From IMG/VR virus record IMGVR_UViG_3300045988_085954: DNA of 38,957 nt. One strand, 5' to 3'. This document shows, piece by piece, positions 25,107 to 33,991 of the stretch. A program made the translations under genes and the position numbers. The notes beneath the pieces are model-generated. The model had not been told where the DNA came from and did not search any database. It saw nothing but the letters and a program-made list of their open reading frames with translations. How positions within the stretch are numbered: position 1 is the stretch's first letter; each line of letters starts with the position of its first letter. Source of the stretch: a virus.

Positions 25107-27008
25107 TCAGTGACAATCGCACCAATTCTTACCAATGATTCCTTCAGTGTCCAACTGCATACGGAATCCAAAGAACTCCTGCGCGTCACGCATAGCCGCC
25201 TGTGCCTCAGAGACAACAATCTCAGCAATCTCTTTGGTACGACATGCTACCTGAATTTCATCGTGAATCCATGCCATGTAGGCAAAGTCACCATCCCATC
25301 CATGTTTCAGACCACGCTGAATCAGCCGTTCTTCTGTCCTGACAATCCACTTCTTGCACACGAGGGCACCTGCGGATTGCAGGAGCAGATTCAGTGCCGA
25401 ATGTGGACTGCGTACATGCAAAAGTCTCCCATCGAGACCTTTAAGATAATGCCGTTTCCAACGAACGACCTTACCACGGTCAGTTTCAACAATAGCATTC
25501 TGAACGGCATCCCGGAGATTCTTGATAGCAGGTGTCGCTTTCAGGAATTTGCGCTTAATGCGCTTTCCGTCAGTTGCGTCACCACCAATGATTTTGCCAA
25601 TCTTTGCATCTCCTGCACCATATAAGAAGGCGTATATGAAGGTCTTCGCCTGATTTCTTTCAGGCAATCCTGCCGCCTTCTGATTCATGGTGTGGATGTC
25701 TCCATTCAGGATGGTGTGTGCATACTTTCCCTTATCGTATGGTGACATGTAGTGAGCGAGACACCTCAGTTCAAGGCCACAAGCATCAATACCTGCTTGC
25801 CACCAATCCCCTGCACTCCACAAGGCGCGACACTCAGCACCATAAGGTGAGCCTACGTGTGGCACCTGAGCCACGTTAGGAGAACTATGGGTAGCTCTGC
25901 CACTCACAGCACCATTGGGAACCACGCGACCATGAATGCATCCATCATCGGGGTCATAGGCAGAGAGCCACGCATTACTGCCATTGGCAATCTGACCAAG
26001 ACGCTTCTTCAACATCAAGGACTCCTGTATCAGCCCTGTGATTTCTCGTAGTTCCTCAGGGCACGCTGTATCTTCCTTGATGTATTGCATGATGATGTCA
26101 TCCATCTTCAGGCGATAATCAGCCAAGTTTGGATTCTCATCCATGTCTGGGATATCATAGAGGTCTGGGTTGTCTGGGTTGTAGTTGTACATGGTACGAA
26201 AGACATATTCAATCTGCTGTCTGCTGTTAGGATTGAATGTCTTGTACTTCTGAATTGGAACTCCTGCTTTATAGCCAAGACGCTTGTTGTCTCGCTTTGG
26301 CACGAATACCTTATCTGGAATCTCAGGTATCTTTTGGAGGAGCGTGGTCGTAATGATAGCCTGACGTTCCTTCAGTTCCTCAGAGAGCTTCAAGGCTCCC
26401 TCATAGTCGAATTTGAAACCATTGCGTTCCTGCTTCGCCATGAGCCATGCTACCTGATGTTCCAGTTCAATCGCTCTTGAAGAATAAGGCTTTGCGGTCA
26501 GCTTCTCATAGAGTGCTTTCGTGACCCACACATCCTGCTCGTTATAATCAAGCATCTCCGGATTGTAGACCGCCCATGCGTCTTCCTGTTCACCATAGGT
26601 TCCCTTGAGGACACCCAAGCGATACCCCCACGCCATGAGTTTGTGGGATTTATACAGGGTTTTGGGGAGCTTTCCAGACTTCATGAGGCCGAGGTCTATC
26701 GTGTCAATGTTTGAATAAATGAGACGAGCGAGGACAAGCGTGTCCACAACCTGCTCCTGTTGATCATACGAGATGCGAAAAAGATGTGGATAGAGCTTCT
26801 CAAGGGCGGGGATGTCATAGTCAATCACATTATGACCACACAGTTTGCCGCCCTGCGTGATTGTATCTTGAAGCATCTTGACTCCCTCCTCTACATTGGT
26901 GGGGTCAAAGCGATACATCTTTTTCGTCTCTGTATCATAGACACACATGCAATGAAGGACGCTTACTTCCTTCAGAAGACCATTTGTCTCAATATCAAAC
27001 ATCAACAT
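25107..27008 (-). CDS. DNA polymerase, family A (T7 gp5-like)
   Basis: 3'-5' exonuclease motif MLMFDIETNG, polymerase motif A DACGLELR, motif B RNQAKTFIYAFLYG, motif C HDEIQV. GGAGG ribosome-binding site. Confidence 0.95.
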   Translation of the reverse strand: MLMFDIETNGLLKEVSVLHCMCVYDTETKKMYRFDPTNVEEGVKMLQDTITQGGKLCGHNVIDYDIPALEKLYPHLFRISYDQQEQVVDTLVLARLIYSNIDTIDLGLMKSGKLPKTLYKSHKLMAWGYRLGVLKGTYGEQEDAWAVYNPEMLDYNEQDVWVTKALYEKLTAKPYSSRAIELEHQVAWLMAKQERNGFKFDYEGALKLSEELKERQAIITTTLLQKIPEIPDKVFVPKRDNKRLGYKAGVPIQKYKTFNPNSRQQIEYVFRTMYNYNPDNPDLYDIPDMDENPNLADYRLKMDDIIMQYIKEDTACPEELREITGLIQESLMLKKRLGQIANGSNAWLSAYDPDDGCIHGRVVPNGAVSGRATHSSPNVAQVPHVGSPYGAECRALWSAGDWWQAGIDACGLELRCLAHYMSPYDKGKYAHTILNGDIHTMNQKAAGLPERNQAKTFIYAFLYGAGDAKIGKIIGGDATDGKRIKRKFLKATPAIKNLRDAVQNAIVETDRGKVVRWKRHYLKGLDGRLLHVRSPHSALNLLLQSAGALVCKKWIVRTEERLIQRGLKHGWDGDFAYMAWIHDEIQVACRTKEIAEIVVSEAQAAMRDAQEFFGFRMQLDTEGIIGKNWCDCH

Positions 27009-27021
27009 GATATGTTACCTC

Positions 27022-27264
27022 CTATTTCTTGTAGGTTTCCAACTCCTCCTCAAGGGCATCTACCTGTTCCTGAAGGTCTTCCTGCTGACGCTTGCGCGCC
27101 ATCTCTGCCTCTTTGAGAAGACCAATCTCCTTACGGAGCATTTTGGCTTTCTCAAGGAGTGCAAGGAACTTCTGTTCTTTCAGGTAGTCATAGAAGTCGA
27201 GAAGATTTTCCTGAATCTTTTCAACCTTATCCATCGAGAAATCAAGGATTTCAATTCTTGTCAT
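27022..27264 (-). CDS. Small coiled-coil protein (start re-assigned to ATG at 27264)
   Basis: A GGAGG site sits 8 nt upstream of ATG (MTRIEILDF...). The product is heptad- and charge-rich and the gene lies immediately downstream of a phage promoter. Confidence 0.4.
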   Translation of the reverse strand: MTRIEILDFSMDKVEKIQENLLDFYDYLKEQKFLALLEKAKMLRKEIGLLKEAEMARKRQQEDLQEQVDALEEELETYKK

Positions 27265-27275
27265 ATTTATCATCC

Positions 27276-27297
27276 TCCCTGTCTTGTGTCTCACTTA
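27276..27297 (-). promoter_or_regulatory. Phage-RNAP promoter upstream of the small coiled-coil gene and the DNAP gene
   Basis: Plus strand tccctgtcttgtgtctcacttaa; the sense strand runs directly into the GGAGG ribosome-binding site. Confidence 0.55.
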
Positions 27298-29105
27298 ATA
27301 TCCGGCTTTGCGTAGTAACGCTTTGCGGCCTCTTTCTGCCGAGCGTCTGAGAAGTTCGTGATACGCTTCAGATAGCCTATGACACGTGTGCCATAGTCTA
27401 CATTCTCGCTACCACATTTCTTGCATGCTTTGCGCGTCACGGGGTCAATCGTTCCACAATCATTGCAGATGGTACAAAGGACATTGGTTGTCCAGTACGG
27501 TACGCCATTCTTGCTACAGAGCTTGAAGAGCGTTTTTGCCTGTTCGTAGGACGGAAGCTGTTCAAGGTTCAGATGAAGTGCTGAACCACCGTCAAGGGAA
27601 TCCGTGACCTCATGTGCATACATCTCAATCTTGTCAAGAACGGAAAGGTTGGTGTCTTCTACCCGATAGAAGTAAGAGTTATAGCAATCACGCTTGACAC
27701 CTGAAAAGCCATCTTCCTTATCCCACTTCGCATTTTTGACACCGAGATTTTCAGCGGGTACAAGTTCCGTGTTGAAGCGACAACCATAACGCTGAAGAGC
27801 TTTCTTGTTCTCATCCTTGAAGATACCAAGGACATTAGACACCCATTTCTTGTAGGTGTCATTGTTACTAATCTCGTAGCCATATCTTTCAGCCGCCTCT
27901 ACGAGACCATTCACGCCAATGGTAAGGAACTGCTTGTCGATGTCCATGAACCCGGCAGTATAGGCAGGGAGAAGCCCTGCTTTGATGTATTCTTTATAGA
28001 CGGCTTTAGAAGCCATCAGGTATTTATGGACATCTTGAATCTGCTCACGGAGTGTGTTTTCAAAGTCATCATGTCCACTGATTGCGAGGCGTGCCAGACG
28101 GTTCATGTTGATGGTAATGACCTGCGCTGAACCTGTCACGACACCACCTGCCCCGAGGCTGTAGCTGAAGGTGTTGTCTGCAAGCTCGTTACGGAGGCGA
28201 CAACACGAAGCAAGGGAATCTACGGAATCCGACATGTAGACAAAGAAGCTGTGTCCTTTGCTCATCTGCTCTGCACAGAAGTCTACGAACTGTGGGTCGA
28301 TGAATCCACCTTTACCGTCCGTCAGGATACTTGCGGTAAGCACTGGATACGTCAACAGTTCTTTGTGTCGCTCCTTGCGGAACCACTCCATGAAGAACTT
28401 CTGGAGTTCCATAAGGCTATCCATGTCAGGCTGAGTACCATCTGGATAGTAGAAGTTGCCAAACATCTCCTGCATGTACGGGCGGTCGAAGACCGAGATG
28501 TTCCAGAAGACACTCTGGTCACCCCGAGCAGAAGCAGGCTGATTCAAGCCGTAGACAACACCCTGAAGTTCCTGCTTGATTTCCTTTGCGTTGGTCTTCA
28601 GGTAGTCTTTGCCATACTGCTTGCGTGCGAAGTAGTCGAAGTAGTGAAGGAATTCCACGGTTGCTACTGCACCTGCGAAGTTGGAGGCCACCTGATAAAC
28701 AAGGTTGACAAAGGAACCACAGAAGGACTGAAGGTTCGTCGGGGCTTTCGAGACACCTCCCATGCATTTTGTACCTTCGAGCAGAAAGGGGTATAGCGTG
28801 ATAGAAGCACAGTACGGCTTCAGGGATGTCTCATCATGCACGTAAATAAAGTGTTCAGCGAGGTCGAGGAGGTAGTTGTTCCCTACCTCCCACCCGAACA
28901 TTTCTCGCACCTTATCCCGCACCATCGCCCGATTGAGTGTGATGGTATACGGTTTGTACATCTCTGCTTCCAGAGTTGCCAATGTCTTGCGCGTGACATT
29001 GGCATTGGCATCCACTTCGGAACCACTGGAAGCATTACTTGCCTCTGTATAAGAGCGGATGAAGTCGAGGCGGTCATTCATCTGACTAGTTGATAATGCT
29101 TTCAT
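27291..29105 (-). CDS. nrdD: Anaerobic ribonucleoside-triphosphate reductase NrdD (class III RNR)
   Basis: C-terminal Zn-ribbon CxxC...CxxC followed by the glycyl-radical motif RVIGYL. The ATG start at 29105 overlaps the nrdG stop as ATGA. Confidence 0.9.
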   Translation of the reverse strand: MKALSTSQMNDRLDFIRSYTEASNASSGSEVDANANVTRKTLATLEAEMYKPYTITLNRAMVRDKVREMFGWEVGNNYLLDLAEHFIYVHDETSLKPYCASITLYPFLLEGTKCMGGVSKAPTNLQSFCGSFVNLVYQVASNFAGAVATVEFLHYFDYFARKQYGKDYLKTNAKEIKQELQGVVYGLNQPASARGDQSVFWNISVFDRPYMQEMFGNFYYPDGTQPDMDSLMELQKFFMEWFRKERHKELLTYPVLTASILTDGKGGFIDPQFVDFCAEQMSKGHSFFVYMSDSVDSLASCCRLRNELADNTFSYSLGAGGVVTGSAQVITINMNRLARLAISGHDDFENTLREQIQDVHKYLMASKAVYKEYIKAGLLPAYTAGFMDIDKQFLTIGVNGLVEAAERYGYEISNNDTYKKWVSNVLGIFKDENKKALQRYGCRFNTELVPAENLGVKNAKWDKEDGFSGVKRDCYNSYFYRVEDTNLSVLDKIEMYAHEVTDSLDGGSALHLNLEQLPSYEQAKTLFKLCSKNGVPYWTTNVLCTICNDCGTIDPVTRKACKKCGSENVDYGTRVIGYLKRITNFSDARQKEAAKRYYAKPDIK

Positions 29106-29623
29106 GTTTGAAACAAATGCGTGCAATCTACGAAACGATTTTTCATCCTAACCAATTGGTATTTGTCGTAGATTACATCTGTCTCCTTCCTGTAAAATCT
29201 TTGGTTTGTTGTCGGGGAGGAAAGACCCCCAAGCTCTGCTTTGTAGCTCCCTGTCTTCAGCCATGTGATACCAGAGTGTTCTGCTATGTATGTGTTTGTC
29301 TCTTCATCATCAAGGCCACTATAGAGACACGTCGGGGCAATCTCTGAGAGATCGTCGAGTAATTTCAGCAAGTCTGGTGTGCTCATCTTGTTGCATGTGC
29401 CTCCCATCAGGACGATAGCATTCGCCCCGGACTCTATGGCATTCTCTGCCCCTCTCAAGACATCCTCAAGACTCGTAGGAGATTCCACTTCTTCCCATAG
29501 CTCTTTGCTGTGACAGCCTTTGCACCTCTGGGTACATGAGCCAAGCTCGATGAAATAAGCAATCTTGTCTGGTACCTCATTCAAGGTAATACCTGTGGAA
29601 ACAACAGGAACTAGAACTGACAA
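29102..29623 (-). CDS. nrdG: Anaerobic RNR activating protein NrdG (radical SAM); TTG start
   Basis: Radical-SAM motif CTQRCKGC. A GGAGG site sits 7 nt upstream of the TTG at 29623, inside the primase-helicase 3' end. The ATG-extended ORF to 29737 would overlap the primase gene by 127 nt, and 173 aa is the typical NrdG size. Confidence 0.8.
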   Translation of the reverse strand: MSVLVPVVSTGITLNEVPDKIAYFIELGSCTQRCKGCHSKELWEEVESPTSLEDVLRGAENAIESGANAIVLMGGTCNKMSTPDLLKLLDDLSEIAPTCLYSGLDDEETNTYIAEHSGITWLKTGSYKAELGGLSSPTTNQRFYRKETDVIYDKYQLVRMKNRFVDCTHLFQT

Positions 29624-31260
29624 TTTGAGTCCTCCTTTTCTGTCTTGATTTCTAAGGGGTCTACGTCCTCTATGGTGTTGGTCGATTTGTTGAACCTCAG
29701 GTACCCTGCGAGACCCGTGTTGCCTGTGAAGCGACATTTGAGTACCCTAAGTTTCAAGGTGTTCTTCATGTCTTCATCGTCGGCCTGTTGGTTTCTCTCA
29801 AGTGCCAAAATGGTGTCGGGTATCTGCTTGAGTGTACCTGAGCCACGGAGGTCATCAAGGGAAATCGTGCCCCCCTGTTCAAATGGAACTGTCTTTGTGT
29901 CCCCCTTGCGGAGGTGAGACACCACGACAATCCCTGCTCCTGTCTCTTCTACGAGTGCACGGAGCTTTGTCATGAGCATGTCAATGGCTTTGCGCTCATT
30001 GACGCTTGATTCATCGAGACCACTGACCGCTATGGATACGTGATCAAAGATGACAAAATCACAGCCTTCACCCGTGATAAGAAAGCGTATCTTCTCAAGG
30101 AGATTGTTTCCTTCAATCGACCCAAAGTGGTCATAAAGACAAAAGCCCCCATCACCAAATACGGCATCATAGACAGGCTTTAGTTCCTCTTTGTCTATGG
30201 TGTTCCATAAGAGGTGAAGGGGTTTTGCTACAGCAATGGACAGGAGGTCTCGAAGTGTCTTGTTCTTGTTCTCTTCGAGCATGACCATGCCCACTTTCAT
30301 ATTATCTTGCATCTCCAGTTTGAAAGCGATTTCTCGTGCCATCGTGGATTTGCCAATACCTGTACCTGCTGTGAGCAGAAGCATTTCGCCTTTGCGGATT
30401 CCCATTGTCATCTTTGTCAGGTCTTCTGCCCACGGGAAAGAATAAGAAGGAATCTCTGCCTCCTGTGAGAAGAACTCTTCCTTCAGGTCTTTGGCATTGA
30501 TGATACCATCTGGACGATATTCCCTAGCTTGCCAGATTGCACGGATGACCTCATCGGCCTTGCCATTCAAAAGGCACTCATTTGGGTCTTTCATTGGCAG
30601 GGTAGCAATCTTCAGCTTGTGGAGTGGCAGGATACCAGAGACAGACTTCACGGCCTCCTGACCCGCTTCATCCATGTCGAACATGACGATGACTTCATCA
30701 AACCCTGAGAGCCAATCGGCTTGAGCTTTGAAGACATCTTTTGCACTACGACAACCAAAAGGGATGGATACCACAGGGTATTTGTTGTCTTGCAACTGCG
30801 ATACCGTGAGACAATCAATCTCACCTTCTGTGATAATCAGTTTCTTGCCTGTCGAAAACAAATGCTGACCAAAGAAGATGTTGTCTTTCTTGCCACGAAC
30901 AATGAAGTTCTTCTCGCGATCTCGCGTCTTCTGAAAGATGACACGACCATCCTTGCGATAATCAGCGACTTGAATGGGTTGCCCGAAGTCGTTCTTTGAC
31001 AAGTGATAACCATACTTACGACAGGTGTCAGAGGTTATGCCTCTAGCCTTTAGTGGTCGAATCTCCATTTCAGATTCTGGAATGACAGGTAAATGCTTAG
31101 AGGACACAGACCTCCCTCCTTCTTCTTCTTTTTCATCTAGCCATGTAAACTTCTCGCAGACAAAACAAAATTTGTGGTCAGTATAGATGGTCGCTCCATC
31201 ACTACTGCCACAAAACTCACACGGTACATGGGCTTTGACAATCTCTGACACATAAATCAC
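29611..31260 (-). CDS. DNA primase-helicase (gp4-like)
   Basis: N-terminal Zn-finger CEFCGSS...CFVCEKF, TOPRIM region, and DnaB-type helicase with Walker A GTGIGKST. Confidence 0.9.
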   Translation of the reverse strand: MIYVSEIVKAHVPCEFCGSSDGATIYTDHKFCFVCEKFTWLDEKEEEGGRSVSSKHLPVIPESEMEIRPLKARGITSDTCRKYGYHLSKNDFGQPIQVADYRKDGRVIFQKTRDREKNFIVRGKKDNIFFGQHLFSTGKKLIITEGEIDCLTVSQLQDNKYPVVSIPFGCRSAKDVFKAQADWLSGFDEVIVMFDMDEAGQEAVKSVSGILPLHKLKIATLPMKDPNECLLNGKADEVIRAIWQAREYRPDGIINAKDLKEEFFSQEAEIPSYSFPWAEDLTKMTMGIRKGEMLLLTAGTGIGKSTMAREIAFKLEMQDNMKVGMVMLEENKNKTLRDLLSIAVAKPLHLLWNTIDKEELKPVYDAVFGDGGFCLYDHFGSIEGNNLLEKIRFLITGEGCDFVIFDHVSIAVSGLDESSVNERKAIDMLMTKLRALVEETGAGIVVVSHLRKGDTKTVPFEQGGTISLDDLRGSGTLKQIPDTILALERNQQADDEDMKNTLKLRVLKCRFTGNTGLAGYLRFNKSTNTIEDVDPLEIKTEKEDSNCQF

Positions 31261-31595
31261 CCTCTATGTACAAGAGGAAGGTTCAGTTCTTTCGAGAGCT
31301 CGAATAATACTTCATCTTGTATGTGGTTTACTGTATCTTTCCTATGCCCCATGACCAACACGCAGATATGGTCATCCCATCCATAGAGTGATGGGTCACA
31401 TACCTGATTCTGGGGCATTCCTGCTTCAAGGGTTCCGTCTGCGTGCAAGAGGTAGTTATATCCAATGCTGAACCACCCCTTCCGCATGACGTAACGTGCA
31501 TATTCTTTCATTGGCATATCATCTTCCGTGTAGTAGAGGACGATACCTTTGGTGCTTTCACGCTCCTTGAATTTCAAATTTGGTAACTGTTTCAT
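31257..31595 (-). CDS. T7-lysozyme (gp3.5) homologue lacking Zn ligands (probable RNAP-binding regulator, amidase-dead)
   Basis: FKERESTKGIVLYYT aligns with T7 FKQRESTDAIFVHCS, and GWFSIGYNYLLHADGTLEAG with GWLDVGYHFIIKRDGTVEAG. The T7 His17 Zn ligand is replaced by Tyr, and the C-terminal segment carrying the His/Cys ligands is absent (112 aa versus 151 aa). It occupies the gp3.5 position between endonuclease I and the primase-helicase. Confidence 0.65.
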   Translation of the reverse strand: MKQLPNLKFKERESTKGIVLYYTEDDMPMKEYARYVMRKGWFSIGYNYLLHADGTLEAGMPQNQVCDPSLYGWDDHICVLVMGHRKDTVNHIQDEVLFELSKELNLPLVHRG

Positions 31596-32035
31596 TTCTT
31601 TTTCTCCTTTTTCTCAAGGAGACCACTCGTAGGTTTTGGTTCCTCATGGAACCATGAAGCAGGTATCAGTTTCGTCGCGTACTGATAGCCATACTTTTGA
31701 CACCAATCGGCATAGGTTGTCTTCGACCCTTTGTACAAGGTGTTCTTAGGGTTTTGAAAGACAAACCTGATGTCGAGGTGCGGATATTGCTCTTTGATGA
31801 GCAGGTGCTTTTTCCGGTCGGCTGTCTCAAAGAGACCTTTGGCCTCAATGATAATGCCGTTCGGGAGGATGAAATCAGGAGTGTATGTATGGACACTCTC
31901 AGGAATCGTGTAGCGCAGATAGCGACATTCATAGACCTCTTTGCATTTCATGCTCTTAATCTGTGCCGCAATCTTGTCTTCGAGTCCTGAACGATGACCT
32001 AGGGAAGGCTTATAGCTCCATTTTCCTCCACGCAA
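31592..32035 (-). CDS. Endonuclease I (gp3-like Holliday-junction resolvase)
   Basis: YTPDFILPNGIIIEAKG matches the T7 gp3 catalytic segment YTPDFLLPNGIFVETKG. Confidence 0.85.
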   Translation of the reverse strand: MRGGKWSYKPSLGHRSGLEDKIAAQIKSMKCKEVYECRYLRYTIPESVHTYTPDFILPNGIIIEAKGLFETADRKKHLLIKEQYPHLDIRFVFQNPKNTLYKGSKTTYADWCQKYGYQYATKLIPASWFHEEPKPTSGLLEKKEKKK

Positions 32036-32043
32036 CAGACTTC

Positions 32044-32646
32044 TCAGAAGTCTTCTCCTTCCTCAGTCTCAAAAGGAACTTCGATGTTGTTGTCTTCCTC
32101 CGACTTGACGAATCCCTCTTCCTGACCAAAGCCAAGAGAGGACGCAGAAGCACTTCCCTCTTCCACAAGGTCAAGAATCTGAATGCCCGTCATACGCAAA
32201 GCAACGCCATAGTTCTTGTCATTGACATAGAACGGAGCAAGCTCGTAGGCAACCTTGCCTTTCGACCCATTGCCAATGCCTGTGACTTCATTCGAGATTT
32301 CATTGCAATGCGCATCAAAGATGGGAACATGACGCTCCCAATCACGACCATTGTTGCAATGGATGATATGGGTCATCTTGAACTTGAAGTATTCGTCTTC
32401 TTTGTATTCCTTGAGACCGTTTGCGTATTCATACTTGTATTTGTGGCGGCGTCCTTCCTCCGACTCCACAAACTTCTGCCACTCAGCTTCAATCTCCGCG
32501 AGGAGCTTCTTTTTGGCCTTCTCAGCCAGGCGAAGCATGAGCGTGAATTTGTTCGTTGACTGCCCCTTGAACTCTTCGGGTTTCAGGATGTGAGCAAAGA
32601 TGATTTCTCCTACTGCTGTGGTTCCTTTTTTCAGTTTGTTAGCCAT
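32044..32646 (-). CDS. ssDNA-binding protein (gp2.5-like)
   Basis: 200 aa with an acidic C-terminus ending in Phe (FETEEGEDF), the hallmark of T7 gp2.5. A phage promoter lies upstream. Confidence 0.75.
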   Translation of the reverse strand: MANKLKKGTTAVGEIIFAHILKPEEFKGQSTNKFTLMLRLAEKAKKKLLAEIEAEWQKFVESEEGRRHKYKYEYANGLKEYKEDEYFKFKMTHIIHCNNGRDWERHVPIFDAHCNEISNEVTGIGNGSKGKVAYELAPFYVNDKNYGVALRMTGIQILDLVEEGSASASSLGFGQEEGFVKSEEDNNIEVPFETEEGEDF

Positions 32647-32697
32647 TGTGTATACATTCCTTTCAAATTTGAAATTGACGAGAAGTCTGACTGGTTC

Positions 32698-32722
32698 TTC
32701 TCTGTCTTGTGTCCCACCTGTG
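32698..32722 (-). promoter_or_regulatory. Phage-RNAP promoter upstream of the SSB gene
   Basis: Plus strand cttctctgtcttgtgtcccacctg, with a one-base variant (cccac) in the core. Confidence 0.5.
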
Positions 32723-32729
32723 CCAGAGG

Positions 32730-33164
32730 TTATTCTCTGGGGTTGACTTTCTCACCTTTAGCGACCTTATCGAGCCATTCGGCGTACCTCAGAATCTTTG
32801 TGGTTTCCTTCGCGACATCATCTTTCTTGCCAAGACGGCAAGCATATTTGATGATATTGCCTCGCAAGAATCCCATGAAGGCTTCCGCAGACATTGCGGA
32901 CTGCATCAACTCAATCGGTTGTACGTCACCCTGATAGTGGGCATCATAATGCTCTGACATCGTCGCTTGCATCAATTCGCCTCCCGACAAAACCAGAATT
33001 AAAGGCATGTCTGAATCAGGGTCATCGAATGCCACCCGGTATTTCCAATTCATGCTCTCCGGGTCAAAGGTACGCACTCGAATAACGCCAAGACGCTTCT
33101 CTGTGCCATCGTGATACTGGATGGTATCACCCACCTTGAATCTTGCTTCTCCCATTACAATCAC
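32730..33164 (-). CDS. Conserved phage protein (DUF3310-like C-terminal motif?)
   Basis: HYQGDVQPIELMQ...FLRGNIIKYACRLGKKDD...KILRYAEWL resembles the HY..IEPI...GNIIKY..R..KG motif. The ATGA overlap couples it to the dUTPase gene. Confidence 0.35.
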   Translation of the reverse strand: MIVMGEARFKVGDTIQYHDGTEKRLGVIRVRTFDPESMNWKYRVAFDDPDSDMPLILVLSGGELMQATMSEHYDAHYQGDVQPIELMQSAMSAEAFMGFLRGNIIKYACRLGKKDDVAKETTKILRYAEWLDKVAKGEKVNPRE

Positions 33165-33652
33165 TCCTTACCTGTGGAACCAAGGCCACCTTCGCCTCTT
33201 TTGGTCTTGCTAAGTTCCTTTACCTCACTAAAGGATGTCGGAACATTCTTTTCAATCATCACTTGTGCAATGCGAACACCTGCCTTGATACTGACAGGCT
33301 CACGCGCAGGATTTTCGACCAAGAGTTTCAGTTCACCCCGATAATCGGAATCAATGATTGCTACCTGATTCGCCAACCGCAGGTGACTATTGAGACCCAC
33401 AGAAGACCTCAGAAACACTTTCATGTGGTATCCTTCAGGAATCTCAAAGGCTAATCCCGTGGGAACGACGGTTGCCTTGTCGCTTGCGTTTAAGGTATGC
33501 AGATAGATGTCCTCAAGGGTACGGATGTCGAAACAGGCGGCACCATCGGTCTTGCGTTCTGGAAGACAAGCACGCTCATCCAGACGCTTAACTTTCACGA
33601 CAACATCAGCCGTAGTGCTATGGGTTATTTTAGGTTTTCTTGTAGTTGCCAC
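33161..33652 (-). CDS. dut: dUTP diphosphatase
   Basis: dUTPase motifs are present: AIIDSDYRGEL, GVRIAQ and a C-terminal RGEGGLGSTG. Confidence 0.85.
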   Translation of the reverse strand: MATTRKPKITHSTTADVVVKVKRLDERACLPERKTDGAACFDIRTLEDIYLHTLNASDKATVVPTGLAFEIPEGYHMKVFLRSSVGLNSHLRLANQVAIIDSDYRGELKLLVENPAREPVSIKAGVRIAQVMIEKNVPTSFSEVKELSKTKRGEGGLGSTGKE

Positions 33653-33697
33653 TCACAACTACCTCCTTTCATTTTCCAAGACACAAAAAGTTATGAA

Positions 33698-33722
33698 CTT
33701 CCTCTCTGTCTTGTGTCTCACT
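33698..33722 (-). promoter_or_regulatory. Phage-RNAP promoter (origin-proximal B, reads into dut)
   Basis: Plus strand cttcctctctgtcttgtgtctcactttagc. Confidence 0.55.
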
Positions 33723-33897
33723 TTAGCTAACTAAAGGATTTTGTAGTATCCTTTAGTTAATTAAAGCAACTTATAGTTTACCTTTAGGTTATTTACCTTA
33801 TGGTTATTATTTATAAAGCAATAGAGGTAGTGACCTAAGGATAAACCTATTGGTAGAAGAGGTTCCTTTTGTTACCTTATGGTATCTATTACTCTCC
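33723..33897. other. AT-rich non-coding region with iteron-like repeats between two tandem phage promoters (candidate primary replication origin)
   Basis: There is no ATG on the sense strand. Sense-strand repeats are CCATAAGGTAA (x2), CCTAAAGGTAA, CCTTAGGTCA and ACTAAAGGATA, together with the small palindromes ctttagctaactaaag and ctttagttaattaaag. The layout RNAP gene - promoter - AT-rich - promoter mirrors the T7 primary origin. Confidence 0.5.
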
Positions 33898-33922
33898 TCC
33901 TGTCTTGTGTCTCACCTACATC
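33893..33922 (-). promoter_or_regulatory. Phage-RNAP promoter (origin-proximal A)
   Basis: Plus strand ctcctcctgtcttgtgtctcacctacatc, immediately after the RNAP-gene terminator. Confidence 0.55.
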
Positions 33923-33944
33923 TTGTGGTTATTTTTATAGCAAG

Positions 33945-33985
33945 ACACAAGAAAAGAGGCTGTACATGACAACCTCTTTTTCTAA
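33945..33985 (-). terminator. Intrinsic terminator directly after the RNAP gene (early-transcript terminator), potentially bidirectional
   Basis: Stem aaagagg (33953-33959) pairs with cctcttt (33973-33979) around a 13-nt loop. On the minus strand it is followed by TTTTCTTGTG, and on the plus strand by TTTTTCT. Confidence 0.5.
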
Positions 33986-33991
33986 AACTAT

